Positions 26,764-41,317 of a stretch of DNA of 64,000 bases are shown here, one piece after another (the stretch's first letter is position 1; every line of letters starts with the position of its first letter). Origin of the DNA: Eledone cirrhosa. Taxonomy: Eukaryota. The notes under the pieces are model-generated. The model ran no database searches, was not told where the DNA came from, and was given only the letters and a program-made list of their open reading frames with translations. The stretch is taken from contig OZ024756.1 in the NCBI GenBank assembly GCA_964016885.1, forward strand, positions 25,296,001-25,360,000, in the 5' to 3' direction. The translations under genes were made by a program, and so were the position numbers.

Positions 26764-28145
26764 TAGACTGAAAGGAAAGTTAACCCAGATAATGCTGCAC
26801 TTAGTTATATATTATTGTAACAATAATAAAACACCTCATCCATTGTTGATGTTGAATTCTGTGGCTGGTGCGGGAAGGGAGTTAAATATTAATTTGATTG
26901 AAATAACAAGAAGATTGACTGATGAAGTTCCGTTAAAGTTTTATTCTTACAAAAATATATCGCTAAGTGAGTGCAGTATTATCTGGGTTAACTTTCATTT
27001 TAGTCTACTTTAGCAATATGACTAAATCTCTGTAAAACCTGATACAGTGGCACTTCTATGGTGATCATCGTCTCCTTAAAGTTTTTAATAAGTACATTTT
27101 GAAAGTTAGTTACAGCTGCACTGTCAATATCATAAACCCCGTGTAGTGTGTAAATTTCTCTGCATAAAATACTGAGACAAAGGGAAGTTTGGAGATCCTA
27201 ACGAACGTCCTTATGCTTAGTGTCGATATACACAGTATTTATTCTTTTACAAACCCAGGGACAGAGACAGGAGGATTGAGATAGACATATATAGAGAGAG
27301 ATAGCAACTAAAAGACAGCTGTAATATATACACATTTTCAAGTAGACGCAAGTGGTAAAACTCGTCCAATTGTTGCCTCAGTGCTTTGAGCTTTCTTTAT
27401 CCCAGTTCACTTTCAATACCTTGCCTATTATAAATATTTCTCTTTTGTCATAAAACAGATATGATTTACGACACTTTACAATACACTAAGCTACCTACAA
27501 TTAAACTGCACATTTCTTGCTGGCCTTTTTCTTTCTTTTTCTTTTCAACTTTCCCCACCCTGATATATTATTTCGATTTTTTTTTCTTTTCTTTCGTGTT
27601 TATGATCTATCCTCTTGCCTTCTTTAAATGTCAGAATATTTACATTAATACAACTTGTTTTGTCAGACATCTCATTATTGTATCGACTTGCAATATGTCA
27701 AAATATGACGTTATGGTGGCGACGATTACGTGGATACTTCTTTTGATGTGCAGACATTTTAGTGGTGATTTAGCAACCATCAACAGATGTGTAGTGCTCG
27801 CTATTATATGGTGTTTTACTATAAGCAACGAGCATCTCGGTATAAGCACCAAGCTATATATGTACAGACTGTGTCATTTACTGATAATTGTTTCTTCTTT
27901 TGGCACAAGGCCAGCAATCACACAATACATTACTGGTACTTTATTTTATCTACCCCGTAAGGATGAAAGGCAAAGTTAACCTCAACAGGTTTGAACTCAG
28001 ACCGTAAAGGGACATACCTATGCTAGAAACCATGGCGTCCAACCCTCTACCGATACTGCCAATTTACCGCCATTTCACTGATAATGTTTTGTTATGAAAG
28101 GGAGGAAAATGAAAAATAAACCTGTACAGTCGACTGCCTACTTAC

Positions 28146-28296
28146 ATGTAATATCTCGAGACCAATGTATTCATTAACAACAAACAGGACAATCTCAATC
28201 AGAGCTAGGACAACCAACTGAAGAATGCTGACTTTACCAAGGAGGGCTCCAAACGTGATCAGAACTGCAGCAGCCGAGAAATCAGACGACAACATC
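28146..28296 (-). CDS. Rh: Rh ammonium transporter, coding exon 3
   Basis: 151 nt. MLSSDFSAAAVLITFGALLGKVSILQLVVLALIEIVLFVVNEYIGLEILH. Confidence 0.95.
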
Positions 28297-28460
28297 CTGG
28301 GCGAAGAAATGAAGAGATAGAATTGCATCTTAAAGAAAATGCTTCACATTCATTAACGTTCAGTAAATAAAATTTTGGCTAGGAGGAGTCAAGGTCATCC
28401 AACGTTCATTGGGTGCTTCGTCCCTTAACTGTAACACCATTTCGTTGGTGGGATAGCATA

Positions 28461-28578
<118 letters not shown>

Positions 28579-28767
28579 CTTTTATTTTATTTTGTTTCAT
28601 TCCTGAGGCTTTCGTGTTATAAGAAGCACCGCACTTTTTCCCAACAAAATATATATAACCTTAGATCAGTTTGACAATCGCCACCGACGAATGCGAGAAA
28701 GTTTTCCAGAAAGTTAACCAGGATTTTTAAAAACTTTCCACCGTGTGTGTGTGTATTTATGTAAATA

Positions 28768-28890
28768 GGCGTGTGGCTGAGTGGTTAGAGAATTGGATTC
28801 ACAATCGCGAGGTTGTGTGTTCGATTTCCGGACCGGGCAATACGCTATGTCCTTGGGCGGCAAGACACTTTATTTCACATTGCTCCTTCT
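28768..28890 (+). mobile_element. Second tRNA-derived SINE family (also ~54445-54558 minus, 62510-62575 plus)
   Basis: GGCGTGTGGCTGAGTGGTTAG..GTTCGATTTCC followed by TGTCCTTG..CAAGACACTTTATTTCACATTG. No intact tRNA cloverleaf. Confidence 0.6.
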
Positions 28891-29003
28891 ACCCGGAGTT
28901 GCGACCGATAGAGAGTATTAGCAATTGGAAAGACCAATGGAAATATTGTTTCCTCGGTCCGATTTGACGAAAATTCGATCGACTGTCTATATATATATAT
29001 TCA

Positions 29004-30185
29004 TAAAAAATGTATTTTTAAAGCAAAATTATAAGGATGTTGTTAAATAAATTTCTTCGTCTCATATATTTCGACATAGATATGAAATCAAGCTGTTGAA
29101 ATATTCACTCAATACATGCTAATAACCTTCATTTATTACTTGTTAAACTAGTTCATACCCCCCACCAGCTTACATCCGAAACTACATACGTGCATATACG
29201 GTTTCGACTACTACCGACAGTACAATTCATCTATTTTTGTATATACTTTCGGATGTCAGCTGGTGGGGGTATGAACTAGTTTAATAAGCAATAAACGAAG
29301 GTTATTAGTATGTATTGAGGGAATATTTCAACAGCTTGATTTCATATTACGTCGAAATATATGAGAAGAAATTGATTTAACATCTAAACTATAATAACGG
29401 AAGGTCTGCGGGACTGCGTACGGGTTTTTTTTTTTTTTATCCCGTTAGTAAAATAAGTTGGATTACTGTGAATAAATAATTGTTTCTACTTTAGGCACAA
29501 GGCCAGCAATTATCCAGTGCATTACTGGTACTTTATTTTATCGACCCCGTAAGGATGAAAGGCAAAGTCAACCTCGGCGGGATTTGAACTCAGATCGTAA
29601 AGGGACGTAACTATGCTGGAAAGCATGGCGTCCGACCCTCTACCGATACTGCCAATAAATAATGAATGAATATTACATAAATTATCTACTAATTTTCGTA
29701 AACAAAAATAATTTCGTAAGAATAGATCATTTAAAATTGACTTCATTTCAAAGTTGCACTTGCGGTTTATCGTTGCCACTACGACCACTTCAACTACCAT
29801 ATATATAGAAAGAGAGAGTGTGTTGTGTCAACACTTCCGGTGGCGACCACTTAAATGAACATACTAATTTTCTGTCACTAATTTTCTCCTAATGCAGTTT
29901 ATATATAATATCGTCTTTTTTTAATATATCATGGATTACGTTACTGATTACATCAGACAGTGTAACAACGTCTTCGTTCAATTTCTGTTTATATTGTCAA
30001 TTACGGTGTTATTTGATGTATCATATCTACATATAAATATATATACTTGCGTATAATATCAATATCAATAATCAATATACACACTACACATGCTAGCAGA
30101 AAATATACTTGCGTATAATATCAATATCAATATACACACTACACATGCTAGCAGCTGCTAATTTTGATATAAAAATACATTTTTA
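29004..30185. mobile_element. Long-TIR MITE with nested Helitron (29383-30160) and SINE (29481-29653)
   Basis: 29035-29181 is inverted at 29247-29384. The TIR resumes after the Helitron (30160-30184 vs 29005-29030). Confidence 0.7.
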
Positions 30186-30373
30186 ATGTCTCTATCTGGA
30201 ATTTTTTATCAACCTGAACTGACAGTTTGACATTTATGCATTTTGTATTTAATTGTCAGCAATTATCTCGCACTATTCAATATAATCTTCTTCTGCTTGG
30301 CTGCCTCCAGGTTACGCTATTTAAATCAAAGGTAACCATCCTATTTAAACATACAAACACAAATAAGTATATA

Positions 30374-30419
<46 letters not shown>

Positions 30420-30548
30420 AAAAAGTATGACCCCGACGGCAGAGCTCAAGCCGTTTCGACGGCTATTTCTGGACTCACTCTACTACCCTAAGTATTGGAG
30501 TACTCTGGTGCGTTATGGTCCATCTGGTTCCTTACCACAATTCCTTCG

Positions 30549-30668
<120 letters not shown>

Positions 30669-31039
30669 GGAGAGAGAGGGGGAGAGAGTGAGAAACAGAG
30701 AGAGCGTGTGAGGAGTGAGAGAGAGAGAAAGGGATGTGAATAAACAGACAAATAGATACATAAGTGGGCAGATAGGCAGACAGAAACATTTTATTCGTTT
30801 TGCATTAATACAGGATTGTCATGTCTCTCTTATACGGTCAGAAGCATGTTTAGTTATAGAAACTAGCAATGTGTTCAATATTACGAGTTAAGAAACCAAA
30901 TACAATCAAATATGTTGTCTGTCTTAGAATATATATTTCATCCACACATAGTTATTGTTTCTCACATTCACCTCTCTCTCTCTTAAATTAAATTAAGAGT
31001 GTCATGTCTGAGAGACACGCGCCATACCCACTGTAGATA

Positions 31040-31085
<46 letters not shown>

Positions 31086-31641
31086 AAATGGGGAGAAGAA
31101 TACTGCAGGTTGCACATAGATAACATGTTATAAAATGAGTCCCTCATCAGTGATTTGCCAACGATCATAGATATTTCATTGCATTAAAAATCATATACCT
31201 CACGTTGGTGCAATAATAACTAAATTAAGTTATTAGGACAATTAAAACGCGTAAAGCGAGTGAGACAAGTAAACAACAAAGAGGAAAGCTAACCGTAGAT
31301 AGGAAGGGCACAAGCTACATAGTTATTCTGTCAGCATAAGCTGGGTGAATATATGAGCGTGTAGAAAAAAGACCTTTCGAGATGAATCCAAATGTAAGAA
31401 AGAAGATATTTCACCTCACTGTCGTCTGCCTTAGAATATATATATTTCAGATATACGTAATTACTATCTCTTTTTCACCTCTCTGTCTCTTTCTGTCACC
31501 CCACCTCCCACCCCACACACACACACACTCACAAACACTTTCCATCCAATTATATACTCTCCCTCTATATCTACCTCACACAGACACACTAACATGTATA
31601 CACACACACATACACTTTCCGTTTCCTTATACACACACATA

Positions 31642-31704
<63 letters not shown>

Positions 31705-31779
31705 TATATCACACACATACATACACGAACATACACACATACATACACACGCAATCACCCATACATATGCACACACACG

Positions 31780-31823
<44 letters not shown>

Positions 31824-31893
31824 CGCAGTCATACATACATACAAACACAGCGTCTACATGGAGAATGTCAACGGCAATGGACTTCGGCCTTAC

Positions 31894-32077
31894 CTCAACA
31901 TATCCACATGAATGGTCTTTCCTTTGCTGTGCAGGTAACCACCAACTAACGTTGACCATTGAAGTATGAAGGCTGCAATCAGGAAATTGAAGCCAACACT
32001 GCCGTAACCGTATCTCTTCAAGAAAGTCATCAGAAAGCCGAAACCAACAAATATCATAACGTGAACATCTTGGAACA
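31894..32077 (-). CDS. Rh: Rh ammonium transporter, coding exon 2
   Basis: 184 nt. (M)[40 protein letters not shown] is the Rh signature. Confidence 0.97.
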
Positions 32078-32194
32078 CTGCAAAAGTAGAGAGAAAGAAG
32101 AACGCAGGGTGGTTTACATAACAATCGAACTAAGTAAACAACTTAGAATTATAACTTTAGACCTAAGTAAACATGAAAGAACAGCCGAACTCCC

Positions 32195-32690
32195 ACTGTC
32201 ATCGCCTCCATCTCTCTCGCCCTCCCTATCTCTTTCGCCCCCCCCCCCCCCCCCACCCCCCACCCCCCCCACCCCATCTTTCCGTATGCGGTCCCACGTG
32301 CTGGCCTCCTCACAGCCCCGGCGGACAGAATGGAGAAGGCGTTTCCCCGGAGGATGGTAAGGGAGATGCGCTGGAAAGAGCCATTCCAACTGGCGAGACT
32401 CACACCTGCGACTGGCCAAATCACCGCCTATGGTGGTGAGTAGGGAGGTAGTAGTCTTAGGGCCAAGGACACCAGAAGTCTCCACTGCCAAGGGCACGAC
32501 CGCGAACCTGTCGGGGAGCGACCGGTACTTGGAGAGTTTGGCCTCCTCAGCCCGACGTGCGGCAGAACCTGGGTTAGTTGCAGACTGCACCAGGTTGCAG
32601 CTGGAGAAAGTGTCGCTACAAGTGGCATCCCAGACGAGGGGTTTGCCACCGCGGAACAGGAAGACGGTCATGCCGTCTGGCCTTTTGCAT
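32195..32690 (-). mobile_element. CRE-clade RLE non-LTR retrotransposon 3' fragment (short related piece at 24540-24700)
   Basis: RPDG..GKPLVWDATCSDT..AARRAEEAKLSKY..VPLAVETSG../FQRISLTILRGNA, frameshifted. Confidence 0.75.
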
Positions 32691-33372
32691 TAGTTTTAGT
32701 TGGGTTGTTTTTGTTTTTTTTTGTTTTTTTTTGGGGGGGGGGGGGGGTCTCCAGATCTCAACACAACCGATTTCTTCAAGAGAAGGAGAAAAAAAGAGTG
32801 AGGAAGAAGCGACCTAAGTGCTGAGTTGGTACCAATTTTATCGACCATGGATCTATGTCACTGGCTAGAAATAGCAGCCAAATCATCCATAAGATATTTC
32901 ATACTCTGCAATGGATTCTTAACCTCTGATCGAGTCGTACGGATGCCGTACTTAACGGGTACTTTATTTTATCGACCTTGGATGGATGAAAGGCAAAGTT
33001 GATCTCTGCGGGATTTGAACTCAGAAAGCAGAGGGCCGGAAGCAAATTTCATTATTCTGTTGCAAGAATTTCGTGTCAAGTGCCCGATTTCAGGATATCA
33101 TACTCCTTAGAATCACCAATCGTGGAATCATTTAATAGAGACATGGGCACCGCCCTGTCTTTTCCCACTGAACAGCTTTCATCTTCCAGCAAAAATGACA
33201 GCGATTTAAAGAGCTGTGACATGCCTACTTTCATACATCATCTGATAATGGGTTTTTTTTAAATGCAACCTTTTGTATTGGTTTGACCTTTCCAGAACCT
33301 CTCTCCGCCTTTTCACTAAAAACATTTATTGTGCGTGTATATGTATGTGTATATATATATATATATATATAG

Positions 33373-33446
<74 letters not shown>

Positions 33447-33618
33447 TGTGTGTGTGAGTGTGTGTGAAAGCGAGAGTGTGTGAGAAAGAGTGAGAGAGAT
33501 AAAAAGAGAGGGGCAGAGCAGAGATGGAGGGAGGGGGAGAGAGAGTATGGAAAGAGGGAAACAGAAAGAAAGTAAGAGAGTGGTAGATAGAGTTAGAGAC
33601 AGAGAGAGGGAAAGAGTG

Positions 33619-33763
<145 letters not shown>

Positions 33764-34186
33764 GGCGCGCGTGTGAGTGTGTGTGTATGTATGTATGTAG
33801 TTGTGAATATTAGTTAGTATGCGTTGTTATGCGTGTTTCGTTGAGCTACTTTTTTGTTGCGGTTTTTTTTCTTGCTGAGACTGTTGTTGTTGTTTTGATT
33901 TTTTTTTTTTTTTCATCTTTTGACACATAACAAGAAATGTCACATTATAAAACGGCACCTTAGAGCCCTAATTTTACGAAAACATGCGCGCGCACCGTCA
34001 CACAGGCACATATCTACACCTATATATATATACCAAGAGTATATATATATATATAGATAAATCTACCAAAAATTTACGGTAGTGTCCAATCCGTATGAAG
34101 AACTCAATGTAATCCGGATATCATGAAAAGAGATGCATTCAAAAACTATTTTCGGTGAAAATTAACGGAAAACAGAGTCAAGATAA

Positions 34187-34243
<57 letters not shown>

Positions 34244-34320
34244 CACACACACACACACACATATATATACACACACACACACACACATATATATACACAC
34301 ACACACACACACATATATAT

Positions 34321-34698
<378 letters not shown>

Positions 34699-34811
34699 GC
34701 GTGTGCGTGTGTGTGTGTGTGTCTTAGTACACATCTCTATACAAACTGAAGGAGGCGAGGTATGATCGGTGCTGGGGGAGGTTGTATTGTGATGTCTGCG
34801 TCTTTGCAAAG

Positions 34812-36250
34812 CTTCTTCTTCTTCTTCTTGGCCCACTTATTCGTGAGTGTCGTGGAGGTAGGGTCCTGAAACACTCCTTCAAGCGGGTCCTGTCGGAAGC
34901 AACCGTCTCCAACTGATCCAGCTGGATTCCCAATCGAGACCATCCAAGCTCATCGATGTTATCCAACCATCTTGTTCGTGGTCTACCCTTGGATCTCCTG
35001 GCGGTTGGTTTTGCCCGTAAAATCTGTCTAGTGATTCTTTCCTGTTTTAGCTTGCAAATAACTAGATGGTGTTCAGTTGACAGCTCAGCCCCTCTTTTAA
35101 TACGAACATCCAGCACAGAATCGAAGAGATCAGAGACAGTAACAAAATCAATTATTGATCCCCTTATACCATGTATATTTATGGATATCTCTGCTCGAAG
35201 AATGTGTTCATAATAAAGTGTCCATTGCTAGAACAGAAGTCTAATAAAGCCTTTCCATTCATATTTAGATCGGGGTCGCCTTTTCTTCCAATTACTCCTT
35301 TCCGTGTCAGGTGGTCAGTACCAACATGGGCATTGATGTCTCCCACCAAGATATATGACTCAGTCTTAACTACAGCTAACGCTGCAGTGACTTCATAGGG
35401 GAAGGATCTGTATTCGGACACCTTTTTTGGTGCATAAACTTGCATCACCCACAAAGACCTATCTTTCAGCCCAAGCTTCAAAAGGCAAATCCTCCCTCCT
35501 AAGGGGCTCCTGTCCATAACACATTCTGACAGCCGGGGGTTTGTGAGTAACCCCACTCCCGCCTGTGCAGTCATTCTGGCGCCGCGCCTGAATAGTGGAG
35601 TTTCTATCCTCCATCCAAATCTACAATATCAGAGCCACGAAACTTTGTTGAGGAAACCCCAATATATCTTGCCGGTAGCACTTAGCCTCCTTTACTAGTT
35701 CATGCTCCTTACCTGTAATGGTTACGATGTTTCAAGTTCCAATTGTCAAAGTTTGTTCTCTTCCGAACCCTCTTTGGGGTCTCGGGATACACAATCTCTT
35801 TACGTCCATCTCACCCACACTTCCTAGGACAGATCGCAGGCCTATCGCCAGTTTTTGCGGCATGAAATGGAGACTGCAATATATTTTTCGAACAGGCCCC
35901 TCTACCTAAGACCTGAATGCATCCCTTGTTAACCTGCGCGAAAGACAATGGGATATGGTTCTTTTTAATTTCTCTCACAATATTGGCCTTTCGGTGGTCC
36001 TATTCGTGCCTGTCACAAATCTGGTACTTTCTCAAACACACGAACACTTATCGTTTTTAGAGGCGGCCTTTACTCGCCTCGTCATAGTTGGATTGTGAAA
36101 GCTTTCTAGGGAGCTACAGGTGTCACCCATTACACCATCTCCCCTAGTAGTTTACCGCTGTTGGTTCGGGGTTGCTTATTCGTTCGGCAGCTGCCCGCTT
36201 ATATCGCAACTAACAATCATGTCTAGTGGCCGTATCGCTATCCACCACCT
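34812..36250 (-). mobile_element. Internally deleted RTE-clade LINE
   Basis: APE motifs (AGVGLL, QVYAP, LVGDINAHVG, NGKALLDFC, IMNTFF, STEHHLV) are joined directly to the C-terminal GRPRTRWLDNI. (GAA)n 3' tail. The 5' boundary is approximate. Confidence 0.75.
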
Positions 36251-36478
36251 ACGGCCCATTCTCTAGCAGAACAGCTCTGCTGAGATGCAAATACATAATT
36301 TTCTGGAGAATATTAGTGAATGACGCCATCAATTCGCCTGAAAAAACTACTGCCAAGTTCATATCACCACATTTAATGCAATTAACACACGCACAGATAG
36401 TTAAATAAAGAGACAGATAGAAAAATAGATAGAGAGAGAAATAGCAAAATATTAAACTGGATGAAATGGCGGCATTAC

Positions 36479-36638
36479 TTGCGTAATAAGTGGATACATC
36501 GCTGTGTTGAATCCCTTTCGTCTTTTTGCTGTCTGCGGAATCGGTATATTCTACAGTAGTAGCAAACAATATGATGAAGATTATTTGAATAATTAACAAA
36601 AACCAGCCAACTTTCGATTTACAGATTGATGCACTCAT
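36479..36638 (-). CDS. Rh: Rh ammonium transporter, coding exon 1
   Basis: ACC-ATG start. MSASICKSKVGWFLLIIQIIFIILFATTVEY..STYYA plus phase-1 A|GTAAT joins exon 2 to give YYAMFQD. An upstream acceptor ttcttcattaCAG at 36703 implies the exon begins at 36702. Confidence 0.9.
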
Positions 36639-36760
36639 GGTTATCGTTCTGGTTTCTTCAATAAAAAAGAATCTTGTCTTCCAGTTTTTTTCCTTGTATT
36701 ATCTGTAATGAAGAAAAACAAGAGAAAATCATCAGTTGGTGATATATATACTTTTACATA

Positions 36761-37335
36761 TCTATATATATAAAGTTCCTGTCTGTTTGTTTGTTCACGA
36801 ACTCCTATGGTTTTGGAGATAGACCGCCATAACCATATATATTCTGAAACTACATTGCTCAGGGTACTTGGATAAGTATATTTCATTTTAATGAAAGGGT
36901 TCCCCGGGGCACAAACCCCCGCTGAAAATATTTTCCCTTCGATTTATATGAAATTTAAACCATAGGTAAATGTCAAGATATGAGGCCTATTCACAAAATT
37001 TCAGCAAATTTCAATAATATCAAGACACTCTAATGGGGGTTAAACTCCCTATAGTGAAAATTTTGGAAGGCCAAATAAAATAATGCTTTACACAAAAATG
37101 AAATGATCAAGTTTTGAATTGATATTTTTTTTTATTGTTTACAATAAACAAAATAAGAATAAGATTTAATAATGTAATTTTGATTTGATATATTACAAAA
37201 AATAATGTTTTCTAATTTTTCATGCATTACATTTTACATTGAGTAATATTGAAATGCAGAGTTTTTAAAATCAATCATCACTTTCTTACAAAACAAAATG
37301 TGTGAAACGCAGCAAGGCGCGGGTAATTCGGCTAG
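36761..37335 (+). mobile_element. Non-autonomous Helitron (second family)
   Basis: A|TCTATATATATAAA at the 5' end. GC-rich degenerate hairpin GCGCGGGTAA..GCTAG|T at the 3' end. Inserted between A and T. Confidence 0.6.
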
Positions 37336-38259
37336 TACTTTTAATACATACATGATACATATACTTTTTACACTGTATATACAAAACGAAGCAAATTGGT
37401 GAAGTATTTAAAACGTGGTATGAAATGCTAAGTTCAAATCTCGCCGAGGTCAACATTACTTTTCACCTATCAATGTCGATAAAAAAAGTACCAGTCCAGT
37501 ACTGGGGACGATTCTTCCTGTCTCTCTCTCTCTCTTTCTCCTCTGATCAGACATAGTGAGGAGATGGACTCTGTCAAATTTAAATTCTACTAGACACGCC
37601 TACAACTCCACCAGGAGTTACAGGTCCATGCATACAATACAAAGACAAACTAACGATAGACCTTCCATGGGTCTAGTTGACTGGCTTAGAAAAGCAACCA
37701 AATCATCCATAAGACATTCCATACTCTGCAATGGGTATTCCATACTGTTTACGGGTACTTTATTTTATCGACTTCGGAAAGATGAAAGGCAAAGCTGACC
37801 GCGGCGGAATTTGAACTCAGAGCGTGAAAAGCCAGAACTACCGCAACGCATTTTATCCGACACTCTACCAATCCTGCCAATGGAATGCCTTAAATATAAC
37901 AAATAGGTTCTATTGGGGATGTCTTAAATGTTTCGTTGTCGTGTTGATTATATCTCCTGATGCAGACTTAAGAGGCTATATAATGTGTTATGTATGAGGG
38001 ATGCTTGTGAAAGTAAGAGACTTGAGAATTCAACGAAAAAGAAGCGAAGCAAAAGGAGGGGGAAAAAAAGATAAAAAAAAGAGAAAGGAATTATTTGTGA
38101 ATGGAATGACATATCTACAAGGATTTTCTGTTTTCACAGAAACCTAGTTGTGTCTAAAGCGATCACTATTTTCTATCTTCTATGTATAAATGTTTTTTTC
38201 TTGTAATTTCTGGCCTGTGCAAGCATTTCTACTTTGATAATGCTGCGTTCAATGAGATA

Positions 38260-38358
<99 letters not shown>

Positions 38359-38375
38359 TTTATTTTATAGAAGGA

Positions 38376-38424
38376 GCTTCTACAGGACTAGTACTGTTTC
38401 ATTCAGATGAAATCTTCAGGAAGC
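38376..38424 (-). ncRNA. Type I hammerhead ribozyme motif with extended stem III
   Basis: GCTTC-CTGAAGA-TTTCATCTGAAT-GAAA-CAG(TACTAGTC)CTG-TA-GAAGC. Confidence 0.75.
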
Positions 38425-38506
38425 ACATAAAATAAAAGAATTTTACTCTGCCATGTATTGAGTACCTTACTTACTGTGGTTATCCCCGACTCAACCCGGG
38501 ACCTAC

Positions 38507-38545
<39 letters not shown>

Positions 38546-38710
38546 AGATTAAAGTTTAAGCAAAGAATCGCTGCTTTCATCCTTTTACAGATCTTCAAAT
38601 AAGTATTCCAAATAAATACTTGCTCTACGGGTTTTTATATATATACTTTAGATATATATATATATAATCCTTATCGAGCCCCCTTCTGATTTTAGTCTTC
38701 ACATTTATTA

Positions 38711-38754
<44 letters not shown>

Positions 38755-38799
38755 CGAGTATGTGTTGAGGGGGGGGGGGGGGGTCTGTTCAAGCTGTTA

Positions 38800-38856
38800 C
38801 TGCCTGATGAGGTCATGGCTGTTGAATAATAACTATTACTGAAATATATATAGCAG
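38800..38856 (+). ncRNA. Type I minimal hammerhead ribozyme motif
   Basis: CTGC-CTGATGA-long imperfect stem II-GAAA-T(ATAT)A-TA-GCAG; AATAAA at 38865. Confidence 0.75.
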
Positions 38857-38906
38857 CGAATATGAATAAAGGAAGCTAATTTTACCCTGTTGACTTACAC
38901 TTCTTG

Positions 38907-39039
<133 letters not shown>

Positions 39040-39571
39040 GTTTCTACTTTTGGCACAAGGCCAGCAATTATCCAGTACATTACTGGTACTTTATTTTATC
39101 GACCCCGTAAGGATGAAAGGCAAAGTTAACCTCGGCGGGATTATATATATATATATATATATATAATGAAAGTTGGGCTGTTTAGTAAATAAACAAAAAT
39201 AAATTATGAAAAATACATTGCGTACAACCTACATCTGTATTGATCCCTGATCTTCCCCACCGTCACACTTAATGGTTCTTGCCAGTAGATATTCATCAAG
39301 AATACATTGCCTCTCATATGGTTGACGTCCGAGTGACTATCCTTTATGACATAGTAGTATCTATGACAACAGGATATATGTTACAAGACCCACATCGATC
39401 TTGGTCGCACCTACCAAACCCACAATTGACAGGTTTGTTATTCGGAGATGCTTTGTAACAAGGATAATACCTCCTTCGCAGGCCATCTCCGAATCAATTA
39501 ATTTCTCTGTTTATATTTTCTCTGTTTGTGTTTTCCGTAAATCCTTTATTGATGAACTAATTATGCAATTC

Positions 39572-39629
39572 ACACCTGATGATGTCACCAGGATCTTACC
39601 TAACCAGGCCATTGAAATATATATAGTGT
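39572..39629 (+). ncRNA. Type I minimal hammerhead ribozyme motif
   Basis: ACAC-CTGATGA...GAAA-T(ATAT)A-TA-GTGT. The downstream tail resembles 5160-5207 and the reverse complement of 26830-26950. Confidence 0.7.
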
Positions 39630-39832
39630 TTTTACAAAAATAAAAATTTAAGGGAATTTCACCAATCCAGCTTCCTGTTATTTCAATCAAACTAATATTT
39701 AACTTCGTTCCCGCACCACCCACAGGATTTAACATCAACGATGGATGAGTTGCGTAACGTTGATTTATTTTCCTACTATTACATAAAGGTTAAACTGAAA
39801 TGAATATACAGAGAGAGAGAGAGAAACAAACG

Positions 39833-39893
<61 letters not shown>

Positions 39894-40087
39894 ATGTGTG
39901 TGTGCACTCATATTTAAATGTATATATACACACACACATATATACTTACAGAATATACATATTTTCATGATTCTTAATACACATACCAGAAGCCTACACA
40001 TATACATACCTGCATACACATATAGTTATGCACACACACACACATATATATATTATATATATATATATATATATTTAATATAGAAAT

Positions 40088-40138
40088 GGCTTCTACAGGA
40101 CTAGAACTGTTTCATTCGGGAGAAATCATCAGGAAGCC
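40088..40138 (-). ncRNA. Type I hammerhead ribozyme motif with extended stem III
   Basis: GGCTTC-CTGATGA-TTTCTCCCGAAT-GAAA-CAG(TTCTAGTC)CTG-TA-GAAGCC. Confidence 0.78.
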
Positions 40139-41317
40139 CACAGGGCTTTATACTCTGCTTTGTATTGAGTACCTTACTTACTGTGGTTACCCCAATTGAA
40201 CCTGGGATAAACATATATATATATATATATATTGGTAAAAGGAAAAGAAAATGCTGACAAATTGTTCCCAGTGAAAAATAGTTTAATTAGGAATAAGTAA
40301 AAATTAGTAATAGTATTGGTTAGTATTCAGTTTTAAGTTTTTACCGGTTGCGCATTTCTAATGCTTTTCAAAAATAATTTTGAGATAGAGCGCCCGTGAT
40401 GTTTGCTCTAATCTTGGGAAATTCTACCTATTTTATGTGGAAAAAAGTGGCTCCAGATGTATTAAAATAAGTTTCGCGCCAATTCGTGTTGCAAAAATTC
40501 TTGTGGTCAAAACAATTTTGATTGGTCGGTAGAGGTCGTGTGAATGTTAAAAATTGATTTTGCGCCAAATGTAGGTTTGTCTCGGCTGATTGAGAAGTCA
40601 CTGAAAAATAAGTCTTTCAAGACAAATATGTGTGTGTGTATGTGTGTAGTAGTAGTAAAGAGGTTCATTGTTGTGATAATGGTCAGTAGGGATGTGTGTG
40701 TGAATTGCAGTTTGTTGACAGGTCAACAGTTCAGATGCCTATTAAGACAAGTGTGTGTTTGTGTGTGTGTGGTGTAGCAGAGTAATTCGTGGTAGAGGGA
40801 TCGGTCAGTAGGAATGTGTCTGTACGTGTGTGGGGGATATTTTAACATGTTAAAAGATATTTTTCAGCTCTTGTCTTATACGGAGAAGTGTGTGTGTGTG
40901 TGTGTGTGTATACGTCTCTTTGTATGTTAGTGTACGCGTGTGTATATATGTGTGTGTGTATGTGTCTATGTGTGTGTGTGGGTGGACCAGTATTTTTGTG
41001 ATACTGGTAAAAATGGTGTACATTATTCGATATTTTCAGTAAAAACGATTCTCTCAATAGAACATCAAAAACCTTAATAATTGTTTCTACTTTTGGCACA
41101 AGGCCAGCAATTACCCAGTACATTACTGGTACTTTATTTTATCGACCCCGTAAGGATGAAAGGCAAAGTTAACCTCAATAGGATTTGAACTCAAACCGTA
41201 AAGGGACGTAACTATGCTAGAAAGCATGGCGTCCAACCCTCTACTGATACTGCCAAAAATAATAAAAGGTGTGAAGTGATATATAGTATTGGCATAACAC
41301 CAATATATATATATATA

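Noticed and set aside
26915-26935. CTGATGA matches here and at 1707
   Set aside because: No downstream stem II-GAAA-UH-stem I arrangement, so not called as hammerheads.
28768-28850. tRNA-like sequence
   Set aside because: A and B boxes are present but acceptor and anticodon stems are not intact, and it continues into a SINE body.
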